Of a DNA stretch of 42,281 bases, positions 9,901 through 19,454 are shown in pieces (the stretch's first letter is position 1; each line of letters opens with the position of its first letter). The stretch spans positions 1 to 42,281 of the forward strand of contig JBHLMP010000032.1 of the NCBI GenBank assembly GCA_048938025.1, given 5' to 3'. Under the pieces are notes generated by a model, which saw nothing but the letters and a program-made list of their open reading frames with translations, ran no database searches and was not told the DNA's origin. Source of the stretch: Promethearchaeota archaeon (GTDB lineage: Archaea > Asgardarchaeota > Lokiarchaeia > Sigyniarchaeales > SOKP01). Made by a program: the position numbers and the translations under genes.

Positions 9901-10802
9901 TAATGTTTGAAAGGATGGATAGAAAGAAATATCAATTAGTCTACAGAGATCTGATTAAAGAATATGCAATAATTCAGAAAAAGAAGTGTAGAGTTGGTAT
10001 TGCTCAAATAGGAGTATCTGAAACTGGAGACATAATGGAAGAACTATTTGATAAGAACCCTTCAGGACTTCTAACTATAAAGGAGAATAAAATTAAAGAA
10101 ATAATATCTAAAGTTAGAAATATGACTGAAAAGGCACATAAGGAGGGAGTTAATATTTTACTCTTTCCTGAGATGTCTATTGACCTCAATGTTAGTGATT
10201 TATTTAAAGAAATATCAGATATGGCCAAATTGTACAATATGTATATCATTCCTGGAGCATTTCATGATCAAGAAACACATCGTAATATTAGCATGGTTTT
10301 TGGACCAGAAGGAATCGTTTGGGAACAAGAAAAACATATTCCTGCAATTATTAGTTTTGGAAAAGAAAATCGTTTTAAAGAAGGAATAGATGTTAGTAGT
10401 TTACCAAGGAAAACAATCATTTGTAATACAGAGTATGGTAGAATAGCAATTGTTATCTGTCGAGACTTTCTTGACATGGACTTAAGAGTAGAGTTAAAAA
10501 ATTTTGAGCCTCCGATTGATATAATTTTGAACCCTGCTTTTACGCCAGTCACAGCAGATTTTAAAGCTGCACATTTTGATGCACGTCGATCCATTTATGC
10601 TTACTCCTTTTTTGCGAATATTGGCGAATATGGAGAGTCCCTAATCTATACACCGGAAAAAGATAGAACTAAAAGAATTATACCCACAAAAGAAGAAGGG
10701 CTTATTTATAAAGATATAGATCTCTTTAAGCTACGTTCTGAACGTAAAAAGTGGGAAAAGGAACAGGAAAAAGAACGCTTATTTATTCAAAGCACAAGAT
10801 AA
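6966..10802 (+). CDS. Large TPR-like alpha-solenoid protein with C-terminal carbon-nitrogen hydrolase (nitrilase family) domain, paralog 1
   Basis: About 950 aa of helical repeats rich in A/Y/L/E/K (AxxxYxxA patterns). The C-terminus has VGIAQ, LLFPEM (E), QEKHIP (K) and ICRDF (C). Confidence 0.8.
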   Translation: MTLKENIDSLLNKALDEERNYNWIEAAALYEKVAKHYLDENLVEKAADCYKSLGYSHARGADTVETAEDYLKQINCAIKAYRDASKFYKELRNKSAELECEAEIYFTSGFLATSDREGQKAYLEAIKLFRESSEIYSKEGNKESFSRLLWHIAYASNLLMSYDISQEEYDRIAQQGSESAKKAWEISKRIGNIQILSDSLYIELIIGFNFSSVKDFKKNINISIEVTKEFLTKCNNAITIIGDLNDPWAYNLIYEAMGVCYCYFGYQFVEDEREQEEYLNKGIELLEKGLNFARKTKSKINILLCMFFLDYFALYSGKINYLQKRILNDIKDCLELGRIYTHSYSFYRSIGNVIPALYYTNSSQRSFFTTKQRKIYAEKGIHYVKEAMSAPIFPDILAWLYQGLILAYSQLTILAESKTKQDEYAHIMLQNAIKAQKFGLKYEAGFPQAGGYTSLYKAYKTLADIAKKKEDRITNLKKAIDAQKRSTDYSILSRSGAITEQMRLGLLYEELGIITAENTILNQARDIFLHTIKESIDRRYFSYEAASYQYIARIEDRLGNYMLSAENYKKAQEAYSKSLKMIKYKLLKNRINEKFNYVRAWSFIEEAKSFHIRENHVQSKEYYKKAYDILIELPSYGYEASYYSGWISLEEAEQLSKQEKHEVAIESFKKTGEIFKKAIEILVKSSQRLREKFEKERINKFEKVAQVRVNHCKARINLEEGRILGKKGEHIAAAEKFALASSLFRDICILFKIKREREELEAVYYLCRAWENMELAENYEDPYRFSEAAKLFVKASDLFTDAKLKLLASGNSAFCQALEYGCKFDENIDMNVKKELYPKVKLTLSKAANLYEKGGFESGATWAQATSIYFDAAWHLISADEETSLQEKGKLLGIGARYLKSAVELFGKAGYKEKEKEVQDRLNRVEKEESILFSALSTIKEPSISRSTMGIYAPSCPLESSQSPRLSEARQFSDEEKRVMFERMDRKKYQLVYRDLIKEYAIIQKKKCRVGIAQIGVSETGDIMEELFDKNPSGLLTIKENKIKEIISKVRNMTEKAHKEGVNILLFPEMSIDLNVSDLFKEISDMAKLYNMYIIPGAFHDQETHRNISMVFGPEGIVWEQEKHIPAIISFGKENRFKEGIDVSSLPRKTIICNTEYGRIAIVICRDFLDMDLRVELKNFEPPIDIILNPAFTPVTADFKAAHFDARRSIYAYSFFANIGEYGESLIYTPEKDRTKRIIPTKEEGLIYKDIDLFKLRSERKKWEKEQEKERLFIQSTR

Positions 10803-10826
10803 TATTTTCTTTTAACGCTTTTTCAT

Positions 10827-10938
10827 AAAAAGTGAAATGTTATAAATTCAACTAAATGTTTATTAATCATTCAAAGTAATTAATATTAGACAGTTAAGGT
10901 CGAAATAGAACATAAAGCAATTCTTTAATTGATCCTAT
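10827..10938 (+). promoter_or_regulatory. Conserved upstream element, copy 2
   Basis: Colinear with 6856-6965: TTATAAA, identical 38-bp core, TAAGGTCGA, CAATT-N4-AATTG and GATCCTA before the ATG. Confidence 0.65.
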
Positions 10939-13900
10939 ATGACTTTAGAAGAAAGTGAAGAGGATTTATTAGAAAAGGCTCGAGAAGAAGAATTAAATTA
11001 CAATTTCTTGAATGCAGCAAAGCTCTATTATCAAGCAGCAAAATCATATAGTGATAAAAAGAAGGTGGTTAAAGCAAGGGAAATTATTCATGATTTGATT
11101 ATATATTATGGGTATTTGGAGAGTTCGGTCAAAACAGCAGAAGAATATTTGGAATTGATAAATAATTATGTTATACTCTTTGAAGAAGCAGTAATACTTT
11201 GTAAAAAGAATAGATTTGAACTTGAAAAATTGGAATTAGAAGTGATTTCGACCTTTTATAAATGTTCCATAGCAGATTCTATTGAAGAAGCAGAGAGAAT
11301 GGCTAAAAAAGCTTTAGAGCTAAGTTCTAACTTGCTTGAGACATATTCAAAAAACAAAGATAAGCAGGTTCCTCCTAGGATTGTAAACGAGTTAAGAATG
11401 ATTAAGCTGTTCGCATTGTTTAATTATGTAGATTTATGCAATGAGCCAGTAGAATTAAAGGAAAATGTAAAAAAAATCATTGAATTAAGTGGAGAAATTT
11501 GGAAAATTTCAATGGAAAGCAAAAATATGTACGATATTGTATTTTCTTTATACATTGAGTGTGTTTTTATACAAATACTAACTCATATGGAAGATTTTAA
11601 AGGGAAGAAACAATCGATAGAAGCTTTTAAAAATGTTATTTATAAGTGTGAAGAAAGTATTAAGTTTCTTAAACCATATAATAATCCCTTAATTCTTGCC
11701 ATTTTATACCATACCTATGGCTTTATAAACTCTGAGTATGGATATAAACATATCAATGATGAAATAGAGCAGAGAAATTATTTTGATAAAGGAATAAACT
11801 ATCTTGAGATGAGCTTAGATTTAGCAAGAAAAGTTAAAAATAAAATTTTTATTGTTTGGAATCTCTATTTGATAAATGAATATGCCTTTATTAGCGGTAA
11901 ATTTATGTATCTACAAAAAAGAATTATAAACGACATTAAGGAAATTAGGGACGCAGGAATTGTTTTCGCTAAATCAAAGGTCCCTTTATTGCAATCGACC
12001 TCTTTTTATACGAGCTATTTACCAGCGTTCTATTATTCCAATGTTGCTCAATTAAGCTTTTTTACTCCAAATCAAAGAAAATCATATGCAGAAAAAGGGG
12101 TTGAATATGCATTGAGAACTTTAGATTGTATTGTAAGTGATATATTAAAATCATTCTCATTTTTGTCTCTCACCATTAGCTATGCTGTGTTGGCTCGTTT
12201 TGCTGAAGCAAAAGAAGAGCGAGATATAAACATTAAACACATGTTCCATTATGCAAATAAGATTAAAAAGGTAGGTGAAAAATATGGAGGAGGGCAAACT
12301 CAAGCCTTTGCATACAATTCGCTAAATAGAGCTTATAAAACCTTAGCTGATGTTACAGAAAAAAAAGAGCAAAAAATTGAAATGTTGTTAGCTGCAGCTG
12401 ATGCATCTAAAAATTATCTAAAGCATGCTTCAGAGTCTCGTTCAGGTGTTATAGCTGCTCAAATGCGGTTAGCCTTTCTCTATGAAGAGATAGGCATCTT
12501 AACTAAAAATAATGATAGATTGTTGGAGGCAAAAGAGTTATTGCTCGATGCTATTAAAGGAAGTCTTGAGAAAGGTTATTATTCTTACGGAGGTACAACA
12601 TATGAATACATCGCACGCATAGAGGATCGTCTCGGTAACCACACTTCTTCTGCTGAGAATTATATGAAAGCTGAAAAAAATCATTCAAAATCATTGGAAA
12701 GTATTGAATATAGGCCGCTTAGAGAAAGAGTTAGGGAGAAGATACAATATGCTAATGCTTGGAATCTAATTGAAAAGGCTAAGGCATATCATAAAAATGA
12801 AGACCACTTGAAAGCAAAAAAGTATTACGAAGATGCTAGTGAAATCTTGAAAAAAGTTCCTAAATATAATTTTGAGGGATTTTATAATGCGGCTTGGGCA
12901 ATGTTAGAGGAAGCAGAATCATTAAGTAAGCAGGAAAAACGAGAGGAAGCTATAAATCAATATAGAAATACAATAAGAGCTTTCGAAGAAGCCATGCAAA
13001 TTCTAAAGGAAGCTTCAGTAAAAACTACAGAGCAACCAGAAAAGGAACGTATAGAAAAACTTGAGAAAGTAGCAATAGTAAGGATCGATTATTGCTCTGC
13101 TAGGATAAATCTTGAAGAAGCAATAATATTAGGTAAAAAGGGAGAACATTCCACAGCCGCAGAAAAATTCGGGATCGCTGCTTCTGAATTTAGAGGTGTT
13201 TGCACACGATTTAAGTTAGAGAAAGAAAGAAAGGAACTTGAAGCTATTTATTATCTATGTCGAGCGTGGGAAGGTATGGAACTAGCAGAGAAATTTGAAG
13301 AACCAGAGAGATTTGATTATGCTTCAAATTTATTTGGAAAGGCTAGTAATCTTTTTGCTGATACCAAATTAAAGTTATTAGCTTCAGGTAATTCAGCATT
13401 TTGTCAAGCTCTTGGATTAAGTTGTAAATTTGATGAATCAATGGAGATTAATACGAAAATGGATTTATATCCAAAAGTTAAGTTGATGCTAAGTAAAGCA
13501 GCCTCTGCTTATGGTAAAAGTGGATTTGAGAATTTAGCAAATTGGGCTTTAGCTTCCTCAATTTATTTTGATGCTGCTTGGCACTTAATCCAAGCTGATA
13601 AAGAACTAGATATTACTGAAAAAGGAAGGTTATTAGGTATTGGATCGAATTATTTAAAGTCATCTTTAGAATTGTTTAGCAAAGCGGGTTATAAGAATAA
13701 AGCTGTTGAGGTTCAAGACAGATTAAACAGAGTAGAGAAGGAAGAGTCCATTCTTTTTTCTGCTTTAAGTACTATAAAAGAACCGTCAATCTCTCGAAGT
13801 ACAGTTGGTATAGTCGCTCCTTCTTGTCCTATTGAAAGTAGTCAATCTCCTAGATTAGGGGAAGCCCGTCAGTTCACTGAAGAAGAACTTCGAGTTACGA

Positions 13901-14793
13901 TGGAGAGAGAACGTAAAAAATATGAACTTATCTATAAAGATTTGGTTAAAGTATATCCGAAAGTTCAAAAAAGAGAATGTAGAGTTGGTATTGCTCAAAT
14001 AGGAGTTTCTAAGACTGGCAACATTATGAATGAACTTTATGAAATGAAAGCTTCAGGTATTTTAAATCTCAAAGAAGATAAGATTAATAGTGTAAGATTT
14101 AGTGTTAAAAAAATGATTGAAAGAGCACATAACGAGGGAATCAATATCCTTCTATTCCCAGAAATGACAATTGACCTTAATTATGGGCAATGGTTAGAAG
14201 AAATAGCCGATTTAGCCAAATTATACAAAATGTACATAATACCAGGTTCCTTTCATAATCAAGAAACAAAAAGGAACATTTGCATGGTTTTCGGACCCGA
14301 AGGGATTCTCTGGGAACAAGAAAAACATATCCCTGCAATGATTAGTTTTGGAAAAGAAAATCGTTTTAAAGAAGGAATAGATGTTAGTAATTTACCAAGG
14401 AAAACTATTATTTGTAATACTGAATATGGTAGAATTACTATTGCGATTTGTCGAGACTTTCTTGACATGGATTTAAGGGTAGAGTTAAAAAATTTCGAAC
14501 CACCAATTGATATAATTCTAAATCCCGCATTTACACCAGTCACAGCTGATTTTAAAGCAGCTCATTTTGACGCACGTAGGTCTATATATGCATATTGTTT
14601 TTTTGCTAATGTTGGTGAATTTGGAGAATCTCAAATTTATACCCCAGAAAAGGATCGAACGGAGCGAATTGTACCAGCAAAAGAAGAAGGTTTGATTTTC
14701 AAAGATATTGATTTATTCAAGCTACGTTCAGAACGTAAAAAATGGGAGAAAGAGCAAAAAAAAGAACGCTTATTTATTCAAAGCACCAGATGA
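10939..14793 (+). CDS. Large TPR-like alpha-solenoid protein with C-terminal nitrilase-family domain, paralog 2
   Basis: Colinear with 6966-10802 and has the same E-K-C motifs. The last ~163 aa differ at only 14 positions by manual count. Confidence 0.8.
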   Translation: MTLEESEEDLLEKAREEELNYNFLNAAKLYYQAAKSYSDKKKVVKAREIIHDLIIYYGYLESSVKTAEEYLELINNYVILFEEAVILCKKNRFELEKLELEVISTFYKCSIADSIEEAERMAKKALELSSNLLETYSKNKDKQVPPRIVNELRMIKLFALFNYVDLCNEPVELKENVKKIIELSGEIWKISMESKNMYDIVFSLYIECVFIQILTHMEDFKGKKQSIEAFKNVIYKCEESIKFLKPYNNPLILAILYHTYGFINSEYGYKHINDEIEQRNYFDKGINYLEMSLDLARKVKNKIFIVWNLYLINEYAFISGKFMYLQKRIINDIKEIRDAGIVFAKSKVPLLQSTSFYTSYLPAFYYSNVAQLSFFTPNQRKSYAEKGVEYALRTLDCIVSDILKSFSFLSLTISYAVLARFAEAKEERDINIKHMFHYANKIKKVGEKYGGGQTQAFAYNSLNRAYKTLADVTEKKEQKIEMLLAAADASKNYLKHASESRSGVIAAQMRLAFLYEEIGILTKNNDRLLEAKELLLDAIKGSLEKGYYSYGGTTYEYIARIEDRLGNHTSSAENYMKAEKNHSKSLESIEYRPLRERVREKIQYANAWNLIEKAKAYHKNEDHLKAKKYYEDASEILKKVPKYNFEGFYNAAWAMLEEAESLSKQEKREEAINQYRNTIRAFEEAMQILKEASVKTTEQPEKERIEKLEKVAIVRIDYCSARINLEEAIILGKKGEHSTAAEKFGIAASEFRGVCTRFKLEKERKELEAIYYLCRAWEGMELAEKFEEPERFDYASNLFGKASNLFADTKLKLLASGNSAFCQALGLSCKFDESMEINTKMDLYPKVKLMLSKAASAYGKSGFENLANWALASSIYFDAAWHLIQADKELDITEKGRLLGIGSNYLKSSLELFSKAGYKNKAVEVQDRLNRVEKEESILFSALSTIKEPSISRSTVGIVAPSCPIESSQSPRLGEARQFTEEELRVTMERERKKYELIYKDLVKVYPKVQKRECRVGIAQIGVSKTGNIMNELYEMKASGILNLKEDKINSVRFSVKKMIERAHNEGINILLFPEMTIDLNYGQWLEEIADLAKLYKMYIIPGSFHNQETKRNICMVFGPEGILWEQEKHIPAMISFGKENRFKEGIDVSNLPRKTIICNTEYGRITIAICRDFLDMDLRVELKNFEPPIDIILNPAFTPVTADFKAAHFDARRSIYAYCFFANVGEFGESQIYTPEKDRTERIVPAKEEGLIFKDIDLFKLRSERKKWEKEQKKERLFIQSTR

Positions 14794-14941
14794 TAACTTT
14801 TTCTTAAATTTTTTATTTGGTATTAAAATCATAATAGCTTTTTTGATTATTAATAGATAATTTCAAAAGATTATAAAGCTAAATCACTTTTAATCAATTA
14901 TTCAAGAAAATATATATAATAGAGTATAGGTTTGATTATTT

Positions 14942-15865
14942 TTGAGCTTAGAAATTTATCAGATAATTATTCTTATTTCTATTGGGGCACTTGTAGGAAC
15001 TTCCATGAGCTTTATTGGACAAACCGGACAAGGTGTCGTGGTACCTCTGATTTTGATCTTTTCAGGAGATGTATTTTTAGCTATAGCAATAAGTGTTTTA
15101 AATGATTTAATAGCGGCAATTGCTGTGGGCATTAATTATACCAGAAAAAAGCAATTTTATTTCCGTCGGGATATATTAATTTTAATACTAATTGCGGTTA
15201 TTACCGCTTTTCTTGGAGTTTTTATATTAATGATGACTCCTTTAGGTACTGTTTTTGGTTGGGCGATTCCTATATTTATTATTTTTTTAGGATTAGCTAT
15301 TCTTAGAAAGGGTTTTCCTACATCCGAATCACTTCAGAGAACAGTAAATAATATTATTAAGAGGTTTTCAAGGAATAAATCGAATGAAATTAATAATAAA
15401 GAAAGTCAAAACAATTTTAAGGAACCAAATTCTGTTCATAATGAAGAAATACAAGGATTTATTAAACCATATTCGAGATTATTTTATATTTTAGCAATTA
15501 TACTTGGAATTTTTGTAGGTATAAATTCAGGAATGTTTGGTGCTAGTTCAGGGTTCATCATAACATTAGTTTTAATCATCCTTTATGGTTATCCGATAAA
15601 AAAATCTGTAGGAACGGCCTTATTGTTAAGTATTTTCATGTGTTTCTTTACATTTTCAATATACCAAATCTTAGGTTTCACTATTAAAGGTCAATTCTAT
15701 TATAATTGGGAGTTTACTCTCTATCTTGGAATTGGTTCATTAATAACAGGATTTATTGTATCTAATTACGTGCAAAAATTATCTGCTAAAGCAATGGGAA
15801 GGGGAATGGGTGCAACAATGATTTTTTTAGGTACAATATCTTTAATCTTCTATTTCCTTATGTAA
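14942..15865 (+). CDS. TauE/SafE (TSUP) family membrane transporter
   Basis: Two hydrophobic halves with G-x-G-x-x-G motifs (FIGQTGQGVVVP, SGMFGASSG) and KKSVGTAL; TTG start. Confidence 0.75.
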   Translation: MSLEIYQIIILISIGALVGTSMSFIGQTGQGVVVPLILIFSGDVFLAIAISVLNDLIAAIAVGINYTRKKQFYFRRDILILILIAVITAFLGVFILMMTPLGTVFGWAIPIFIIFLGLAILRKGFPTSESLQRTVNNIIKRFSRNKSNEINNKESQNNFKEPNSVHNEEIQGFIKPYSRLFYILAIILGIFVGINSGMFGASSGFIITLVLIILYGYPIKKSVGTALLLSIFMCFFTFSIYQILGFTIKGQFYYNWEFTLYLGIGSLITGFIVSNYVQKLSAKAMGRGMGATMIFLGTISLIFYFLM

Positions 15866-15867
15866 AG

Positions 15868-16752
15868 CTATAATGTACTAAATTCTTCCTTTTTAAAACC
15901 CCATAATTTTATGATTGTTTCTGCTCCATTGATTATATCTTCAATAAACGCTTTAACCGGTAAAATTTCTTTCCGGTGTCCCAATGCCATAGAAGGAGAC
16001 ATAAAATTTTTAACATTATAATGAAAAACTGTATTATAAAAATCTTTATCAAAAATATCTATTTTAAGCCATTTTTCCTTAATATTTAAAGCTACTGGAC
16101 ATTCCTCTGTTATCATTAATGCTGTTCCAAAACAAACTGCATCAGCACCCATAGCTAATGCACTAAGAAACCCTCTTGCATCACCAATTCCACCAGCAGC
16201 AATAATAGGTATTGTAAGTAGCTTTTTAGCCATTGTAATATTTACTAAAGTTGTATTTGAGAGAGGATTTTTAAATCCTGTACCTTCTAAACCAACTAAA
16301 GTAACCGCATCTGCTCCATCTTTTTCTGCCGAAATTGCATGTTTCACTAAAACACATTTATGAAACCATAAAGCTCCCGCTTCATGAACTTTTTTTCCAA
16401 TGAATAAGGCTTTATAACCTGAAGTAGTAAAAATTCTAATATTTTCATTAAGGGCCACTTCTAAGTATTCTAAGTACCGATCTTTTGCATTTTTATCTTC
16501 ATTGGTATCCCTTAATGTATGATGTGGCAGTGAAAGATTGACTCCAAAAGGTTTATCAGTCAGATTTTTCATATTTTGTATATCTTTTTTAAAATCCTCT
16601 AAATTTGGAAAATTTAAAGCCGCTATAATCCCTAAGCCACCTGCATTTGAAAAAGACGATGCAAATTTGGATTTACCCCATCCACCAAAAGCTCCCATAA
16701 TAACAGGATACTTAATTCCCGTTATTTGAGTAATTCTAGTTTTCCAGATCAT
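15868..16752 (-). CDS. Nitronate monooxygenase / FabK-like FMN enzyme
   Basis: KTRITQITGIKYPVI, NAGGLGII, TDKPFGVNL and PIIAAGGIGDARGFLSALAMGADAV motifs. Confidence 0.88.
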   Translation of the reverse strand: MIWKTRITQITGIKYPVIMGAFGGWGKSKFASSFSNAGGLGIIAALNFPNLEDFKKDIQNMKNLTDKPFGVNLSLPHHTLRDTNEDKNAKDRYLEYLEVALNENIRIFTTSGYKALFIGKKVHEAGALWFHKCVLVKHAISAEKDGADAVTLVGLEGTGFKNPLSNTTLVNITMAKKLLTIPIIAAGGIGDARGFLSALAMGADAVCFGTALMITEECPVALNIKEKWLKIDIFDKDFYNTVFHYNVKNFMSPSMALGHRKEILPVKAFIEDIINGAETIIKLWGFKKEEFSTL

Positions 16753-16905
16753 AGTAAAGTTTAGTTAGTTTTCAAAATAAAAAGATAATGAATAAAAAAT
16801 TTGAAACTTTATTCAAAAATTATTTCTTTTTATTATGAAAGAAAAATCTTATTACATTATTCAACTTATTGTTATTAAAAATAAACATATTATGTAATTT
16901 TTTGG

Positions 16906-18027
16906 GTGAAAACAATCACAACTCAAATTAAAAAGGAAGAAGAAATTTCTCTCAAGGATCAAATGAAAAAATTTCTGATAAAAGGTTTTTATGGATTTAA
17001 TACAATCATTTCTTGTGGTTTAGGAAAGCAACTTGGGATTTTTGATTATCTTGATGAAAAAGCAAAGAAATTATCTGAATCTAGCTCAATTAATTCAATA
17101 TCATTTACTCCAGAAGAACTTACTGAAGAACTTAATTTAGATGCGGATTACTTAGATGCTTGGATTCATTTAGCACTTGAATGTGGTATCTTTGAAATTA
17201 ACAATGCAGAACTAAAAATTTTGAAGACTGCACCTCATGTGTACGATTTACTTATTAATCGTAACCATATGTTCTATGTTGGAGATACAGTAAGTCTATA
17301 CTATTACTTTGCTCCATTTCAGGCAATTGTAATAGATTCTTTCAAAACTGGAAAGTCTGTTAACATCGATGAAATACCAGAAGATTTTGTAATGGATGGA
17401 CATAGAATGAGTGCAAGGTTTGGAGTTTTACTTGAGGGATTATTTTCAAAGAGTTTTAAGGATTTTTGTCGAATCCTACGAAAACAAGGCAAGATTCTTG
17501 AAGTTGGATGTGGTTATGGATTTAATCTAAAGAAATGGGCAGAGAAATATAAAAGAGCGCAATTTGTTGGAATAGATATTGATTCTAGGGCAACAGCATT
17601 TGCCAAAAATTTAATAGAACAACAGAATTGGAATGATAGAATTGAAGTTTTCGATATTTCGATTAATGAATATGCAAAAAAAAGCAAGGATAAATATGAT
17701 TTAATATTATTAAACCAAGTTCTCCATGAAATGGACCATGATGAAGAATATAGAAGAAGCGTTTTCAAGGATTTATATTCTTTATTGAAGGATGATGGGT
17801 TTTTACTTGTTGGAGAATCTATGATTCCTGATACTTTTTCTTCACAAAAAGAATTCCAACTTTTTAATATTATGCATAAATTTCTTGAAGTAAAATTTGC
17901 AAAATTCTATAATGAAAAAAGTTTTAAAGAATTTATTGAATCAACGCCATTTAAACAAGCTGAGTTTGTAAAAGAAAGGGGAACCTCTTTCTGGGCGATA
18001 AAAAAAGAAAAAGGAAGCCTAAATTAA
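16906..18027 (+). CDS. Class I SAM-dependent methyltransferase with N-terminal winged-helix-like region
   Basis: GKQLGIFDYL...TPEELTEEL...YLDAW, ILEVGCGYG, FVGIDID and VLHEM motifs. Start is uncertain. Confidence 0.8.
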   Translation: MKTITTQIKKEEEISLKDQMKKFLIKGFYGFNTIISCGLGKQLGIFDYLDEKAKKLSESSSINSISFTPEELTEELNLDADYLDAWIHLALECGIFEINNAELKILKTAPHVYDLLINRNHMFYVGDTVSLYYYFAPFQAIVIDSFKTGKSVNIDEIPEDFVMDGHRMSARFGVLLEGLFSKSFKDFCRILRKQGKILEVGCGYGFNLKKWAEKYKRAQFVGIDIDSRATAFAKNLIEQQNWNDRIEVFDISINEYAKKSKDKYDLILLNQVLHEMDHDEEYRRSVFKDLYSLLKDDGFLLVGESMIPDTFSSQKEFQLFNIMHKFLEVKFAKFYNEKSFKEFIESTPFKQAEFVKERGTSFWAIKKEKGSLN

Positions 18028-18060
18028 AAAAAAATTTGTATTTGAGTATTCATTCATTAT

Positions 18061-18477
18061 CTACTTCTTTTTATTATATTCAGCAGGATTACCACCACCT
18101 TCAAGAAAATCAACGTATTTTTTCAGACTTTCTAAGAGCATATCACCAGCCATACCAAGTATACTCTCTTGTTTTGGGTCTTCGAATTCTGCCCACCCCA
18201 TTACTTCAGTTGAATCTCCTTTTGGAGTAAGAACATATCCCATCTTACTAAAGGGTCCTCCTTCTATTTCCATTGAAATTTTTTTATTTTCATCTCTTTC
18301 GATAACTGTTGAAATAATATCACCTACAGTGGTTTTTACAGAATATTTATCTGGTTCAATTGTAGTTAATTTTTTTACTGTAATATTCCACTTTTCCTCA
18401 AGATTTTCATCATTCAATATATCATAAATTTTCTTTGGAGATGAATTGATTTCTACTTTTCTTTCAAATTTAGCCAA
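18061..18477 (-). CDS. SRPBCC/START-like ligand-binding protein
   Basis: VEINSSPKKIYDIL...W and C-terminal helix LESLKKYVD. A TTG start at 18477 follows the SD-like AAGGTGA. Confidence 0.7.
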   Translation of the reverse strand: MAKFERKVEINSSPKKIYDILNDENLEEKWNITVKKLTTIEPDKYSVKTTVGDIISTVIERDENKKISMEIEGGPFSKMGYVLTPKGDSTEVMGWAEFEDPKQESILGMAGDMLLESLKKYVDFLEGGGNPAEYNKKK

Positions 18478-18626
18478 AAATCTCACCTTTATGAGTTTAG
18501 TATATATTTATGTTGAAATGATATATATATTTATCAGAATAGATAGTTTGTTTTAAATACATTACGAACATTTTTAGTGATTAATCATTGAAAATGAAAT
18601 TTTAAAAACATAAGGTAATCAGAAAA

Positions 18627-19418
18627 ATGAATTATGAAGATATAATATTTGAAAAGAAAAATAGAATTGCTCGAATAACTATAAACCGTCCTGAACGTTA
18701 TAATGCATGTGCATTACGAACTGTCCATGAATTGATTGATGCTTTTAACCGGTGCATGGATAATGAAATTGGTGTTGTAGTTTTTACTGGTATAGGTGAT
18801 AAAGCGTTTTGTACTGGTGGTGATCAAACAACCCGCGAGAAGGGTGGATATACAGGAGAGTTTATATTGCCTTTAGAAGTAGGTTGGCAGCGGGTAACGT
18901 TTTTGATCCGTACATTACCAAAACCAGTCATAGCCAGAGTAAATGGGTATGCAATTGGAGGAGGACATGTATGGCATGTGAATTGTGATATTAGTATTGC
19001 AGCAGAACATGCTCAGTTCGGACAAGCAGGACCACGCGTAGGTTCATTTGATCCTGGATATGGAACTGGAGATTTAATGCGTGCTGTGGGCATAAAACGT
19101 GCAAAAGAGATTTGGTTTCTTTGTCGACGTTATACAGCACAACAAGCTATGGAGATGGGATTAGTTAATTCCGTTGTACCTTATGAAAAATTGGATGAAG
19201 AGGTAGAGCAATGGTGCCAAGAACTATTAGAAAAAAGCCCTACAGCATTGAAGATGCTAAAATATGCTTTTTTAGCTGAAACTGATGGAGTAACTGGCAT
19301 CACTCAATTAGGAGTTGGTGGATTGTCCCTTTATTATGGTACTGAAGAAGCTCTAGAGGGGAAAAATGCATTTATCGAAAAAAGAAAAGCAGACTTTAAT
19401 CAATATCGAAACAAGTGA
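18627..19418 (+). CDS. Crotonase-family MenB/BadI-like enzyme
   Basis: ITINRPERYNA, AFCTGGDQ, GYAIGGGHV, GPRVGSFDPGYG, KRAKEIWFLCRRY and LYYGTEEALEG motifs. Confidence 0.85.
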   Translation: MNYEDIIFEKKNRIARITINRPERYNACALRTVHELIDAFNRCMDNEIGVVVFTGIGDKAFCTGGDQTTREKGGYTGEFILPLEVGWQRVTFLIRTLPKPVIARVNGYAIGGGHVWHVNCDISIAAEHAQFGQAGPRVGSFDPGYGTGDLMRAVGIKRAKEIWFLCRRYTAQQAMEMGLVNSVVPYEKLDEEVEQWCQELLEKSPTALKMLKYAFLAETDGVTGITQLGVGGLSLYYGTEEALEGKNAFIEKRKADFNQYRNK

Positions 19419-19454
19419 AAGTTAATAAAATTAAAACTCAACCTTTTAATTTTT

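Noticed and set aside
10268-14543. Similar antisense ORFs 10268-10594 and 14259-14543 in both paralogs
   Set aside because: Their similarity is fully explained by conservation of the sense-strand nitrilase domain.
14791-14941. Selenocysteine readthrough at TGA-terminated ORFs (e.g. 14793, 19418)
   Set aside because: These TGAs fall at natural C-termini: paralog 1 ends at the same residue with TAA, and the TGA at 14793 is followed directly by TAA. No SECIS was recognised.
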